64,000 bases of DNA, taken from contig NC_091984.1 of the NCBI RefSeq assembly GCF_044704955.1, forward strand, positions 106,392,001 to 106,456,000. The letters are read 5' to 3'. The notes under the pieces are model-generated. The model did not search any database and was not told the DNA's origin. It was given only the letters and a program-made list of their open reading frames with translations. The position numbers were made by a program, and so were the translations under genes. Shown piece after piece: positions 62,136 to 64,000 of the stretch. The stretch is from Pristiophorus japonicus. Its lineage: Eukaryota. Positions within the stretch are counted from its first letter, which is position 1, and every line of letters starts with the position of its first letter.

Positions 62136-64000
62136 GGAAGAAGGCCGCGCTGAAGGACCTGCAGCTCGTCGGGTCCCGAGGCGCGTTCGTGAGGTCGCGG
62201 ATCCGGTTCCTGCGAGATCTGGACCGCGGCTCCCCCTTCTTCTACTCGCTGGAAAAAAGACAGGGTGTCCGTAAGCAGCTCTTGACGCTGCTGGCCGACG
62301 ACGGCTCTCTCGTCTCGGATCCGGAGGGCGTCAACAACAGGGCCCATGAATATTACGGGGCCTGTTGTCTCCGGAGCCGTCCAGCGAGGAAGCGCGTAGA
62401 GTTTTGTGGGAGGACCTGCCGAAGGTCAGCTCGGAGGGCGCCGAAAATCTGGAAGCTCCGCTAAGCCTGGCGGAGCTGAGCGGCGCCCTCGACTGGCTCT
62501 CGAGGGGAAAAGTCCCGGGGCTGGACGGGCTGACCGTGGAGTTCCACAGGGCGTTCTGGGACGTCCTGGGGGGCGACTACGCGCGGGTCCTGGGGAAAAG
62601 TCTGGCGACCGGGGAGATGCCCCTCTCTTGGCGCAGGGCAGTCATCGTCCTGCTGCCTAAGAAGGGCGATCTCCGCCTCCTTAAGAACTGGCGCCCGGTT
62701 TCCCTCCTCAGCACGGACTACAAAATCTTCGCCAGGGCGATGTCTGCTCGCCTTGGCACCGTGCTGGACCACATGATCCACCCCGACCAGTCCTACACGG
62801 TCCCGGGCCGGACAATCCACGATAACATCCATCTGGTCCGGGACCTCATCCATTACTCCCAGGAGGCTGGTCTGTCGGTCGCCTTCCTATCCCTCGACCA
62901 AGAGAAGGCGTTCGACAGGGTGGATCACGACTATCTGTTCGGAACTCTGCGCGCTTTCGGGTTCGGGACGCATTTCGTCGCCCGGATCCGACTTTTGTAC
63001 GCCGCCGCGGAGTGTCTGATTAAGGTTAACGGGTCCTTGACGGCGCCCCTTCGCTTTGGGAGAGGGGTGCGCCAGGGATGCCCCATGTCCGGCCAGTTAT
63101 ATGCCGTCTGCGTGGACGAGGTTGACGGGACTGGCTCTGCAAGGTACCGGGCGTGGAGGTCGTCCTCGCGGCTTACGCCGATGACGTGCTCCTCGCGGTA
63201 GAGGATCCCGCTGACCTGCGGAGGATGCGTGAGTGCCAGGAGATTTACTCGGCCGCAACCTCCGCCAGAATCAACTGGGAGAAATGTTCCGGACTCTTGG
63301 TGGGTCAGTGGCGGGTGGACTCCCTGCCGGAGGAGCTCAGGCCTTTTGCCTGGAGCACGACCCATCTCCTCTATCTGGGAGTCTACCTTAGCCCCGACGA
63401 GGAAGCCTGGCCGGCGAACTGGCAGGAGCTGGAGGCCAAGGTCGCCGCACGCCTAGGGCGCTGGACAGGACTGCTCCTACAGGGGTCGAGCGCTAGTCAT
63501 AAACCAGCTGGTGGCCGCCATGTTGTGGTAACGGCTGGTCACTTTGACCCCTCCCCCTGCGTTTGTCACCAAGATACAGAAGAAGCTGGTGGACTTCTTC
63601 TGGAACAACAGGAAGCACTGGGTCTCTGCCGCGGTCTTGAGTCTCCCGCTTGAGGAGGGCGGTCAGTCATTGGTGTGCGTCAGCGCCCAGCTCGCGACTT
63701 TCCGTCTTCAGACCTTGCTGAGATACCTTTACGTTGAGCCCCCTCCTAGGTGGCGTGCTCTGGCGATGTATTTCTTCCGCCAGCAGCACGGCCTGAACTA
63801 CGACACGCAGCTCCTGTTTGTGAGTGTGGGGGGCGTCAGGACCGCCCTCCGGGAGCTGCCTGTCTTTCACAAGGAACTCATCAGGGTCTGGAACAAAGTC
63901 TCCACCAAGCGCAGCTCTCCACCGGCTGGAGTGGCGGCCGTCCTGCAGGAGCCGCTGCTCGGGAATCCGTACCTCCACAACCGAGGTTTTGGGTGGCGGT
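62136..64000 (+). mobile_element. Tx1-clade (L1 group) non-LTR retrotransposon ORF2, 5'-truncated, running off the window
   Basis: GAFVRSR..FFYSLEK, GKVPGLDGLTVEF, LKNWRPVSLLSTDYKI, SLDQEKAFDRVDH, GVRQGCPMSG and AYADDV. CpG-rich, with a few frameshifts. Confidence 0.92.

Overview
Vertebrate nuclear DNA, most likely a cartilaginous fish (shark), judged from a SacSINE1-like DeuSINE, the CR1/L2/RTE/Harbinger repeat content and the protein sequences. The window holds the head-to-head gene pair TRMT13 (first coding exon, minus strand, 4782-4934) and SASS6 (centriole cartwheel protein SAS-6; coding exons 1-12 on the plus strand, 5343-53138, all GT-AG with consistent phases, 1420 coding nt; the gene continues past the window). 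The two share a ~400-bp CpG-rich promoter containing a CDE/CHR-like element. The introns are filled with nested, mostly dead transposons: many CR1, L2 and RTE LINE fragments, a near full-length RTE, a 5'-truncated Tx1, a DeuSINE, a probable solo LTR, two TA-flanked Tigger-like MITEs, a complete but decayed two-gene PIF/Harbinger element (transposase plus Myb/SANT gene), and at least seven non-autonomous Harbinger elements with 3-bp target-site duplications (TSDs). The most unusual pattern is a Harbinger MITE family with a shared internal layout: GC-box, then an NRF1-like motif, then a copy-specific GC-rich minisatellite, then a 5' splice-donor-like site. This looks like a mobile promoter/first-exon cassette. 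All calls were made by eye without database searches, and TE boundaries lacking a TSD are approximate.
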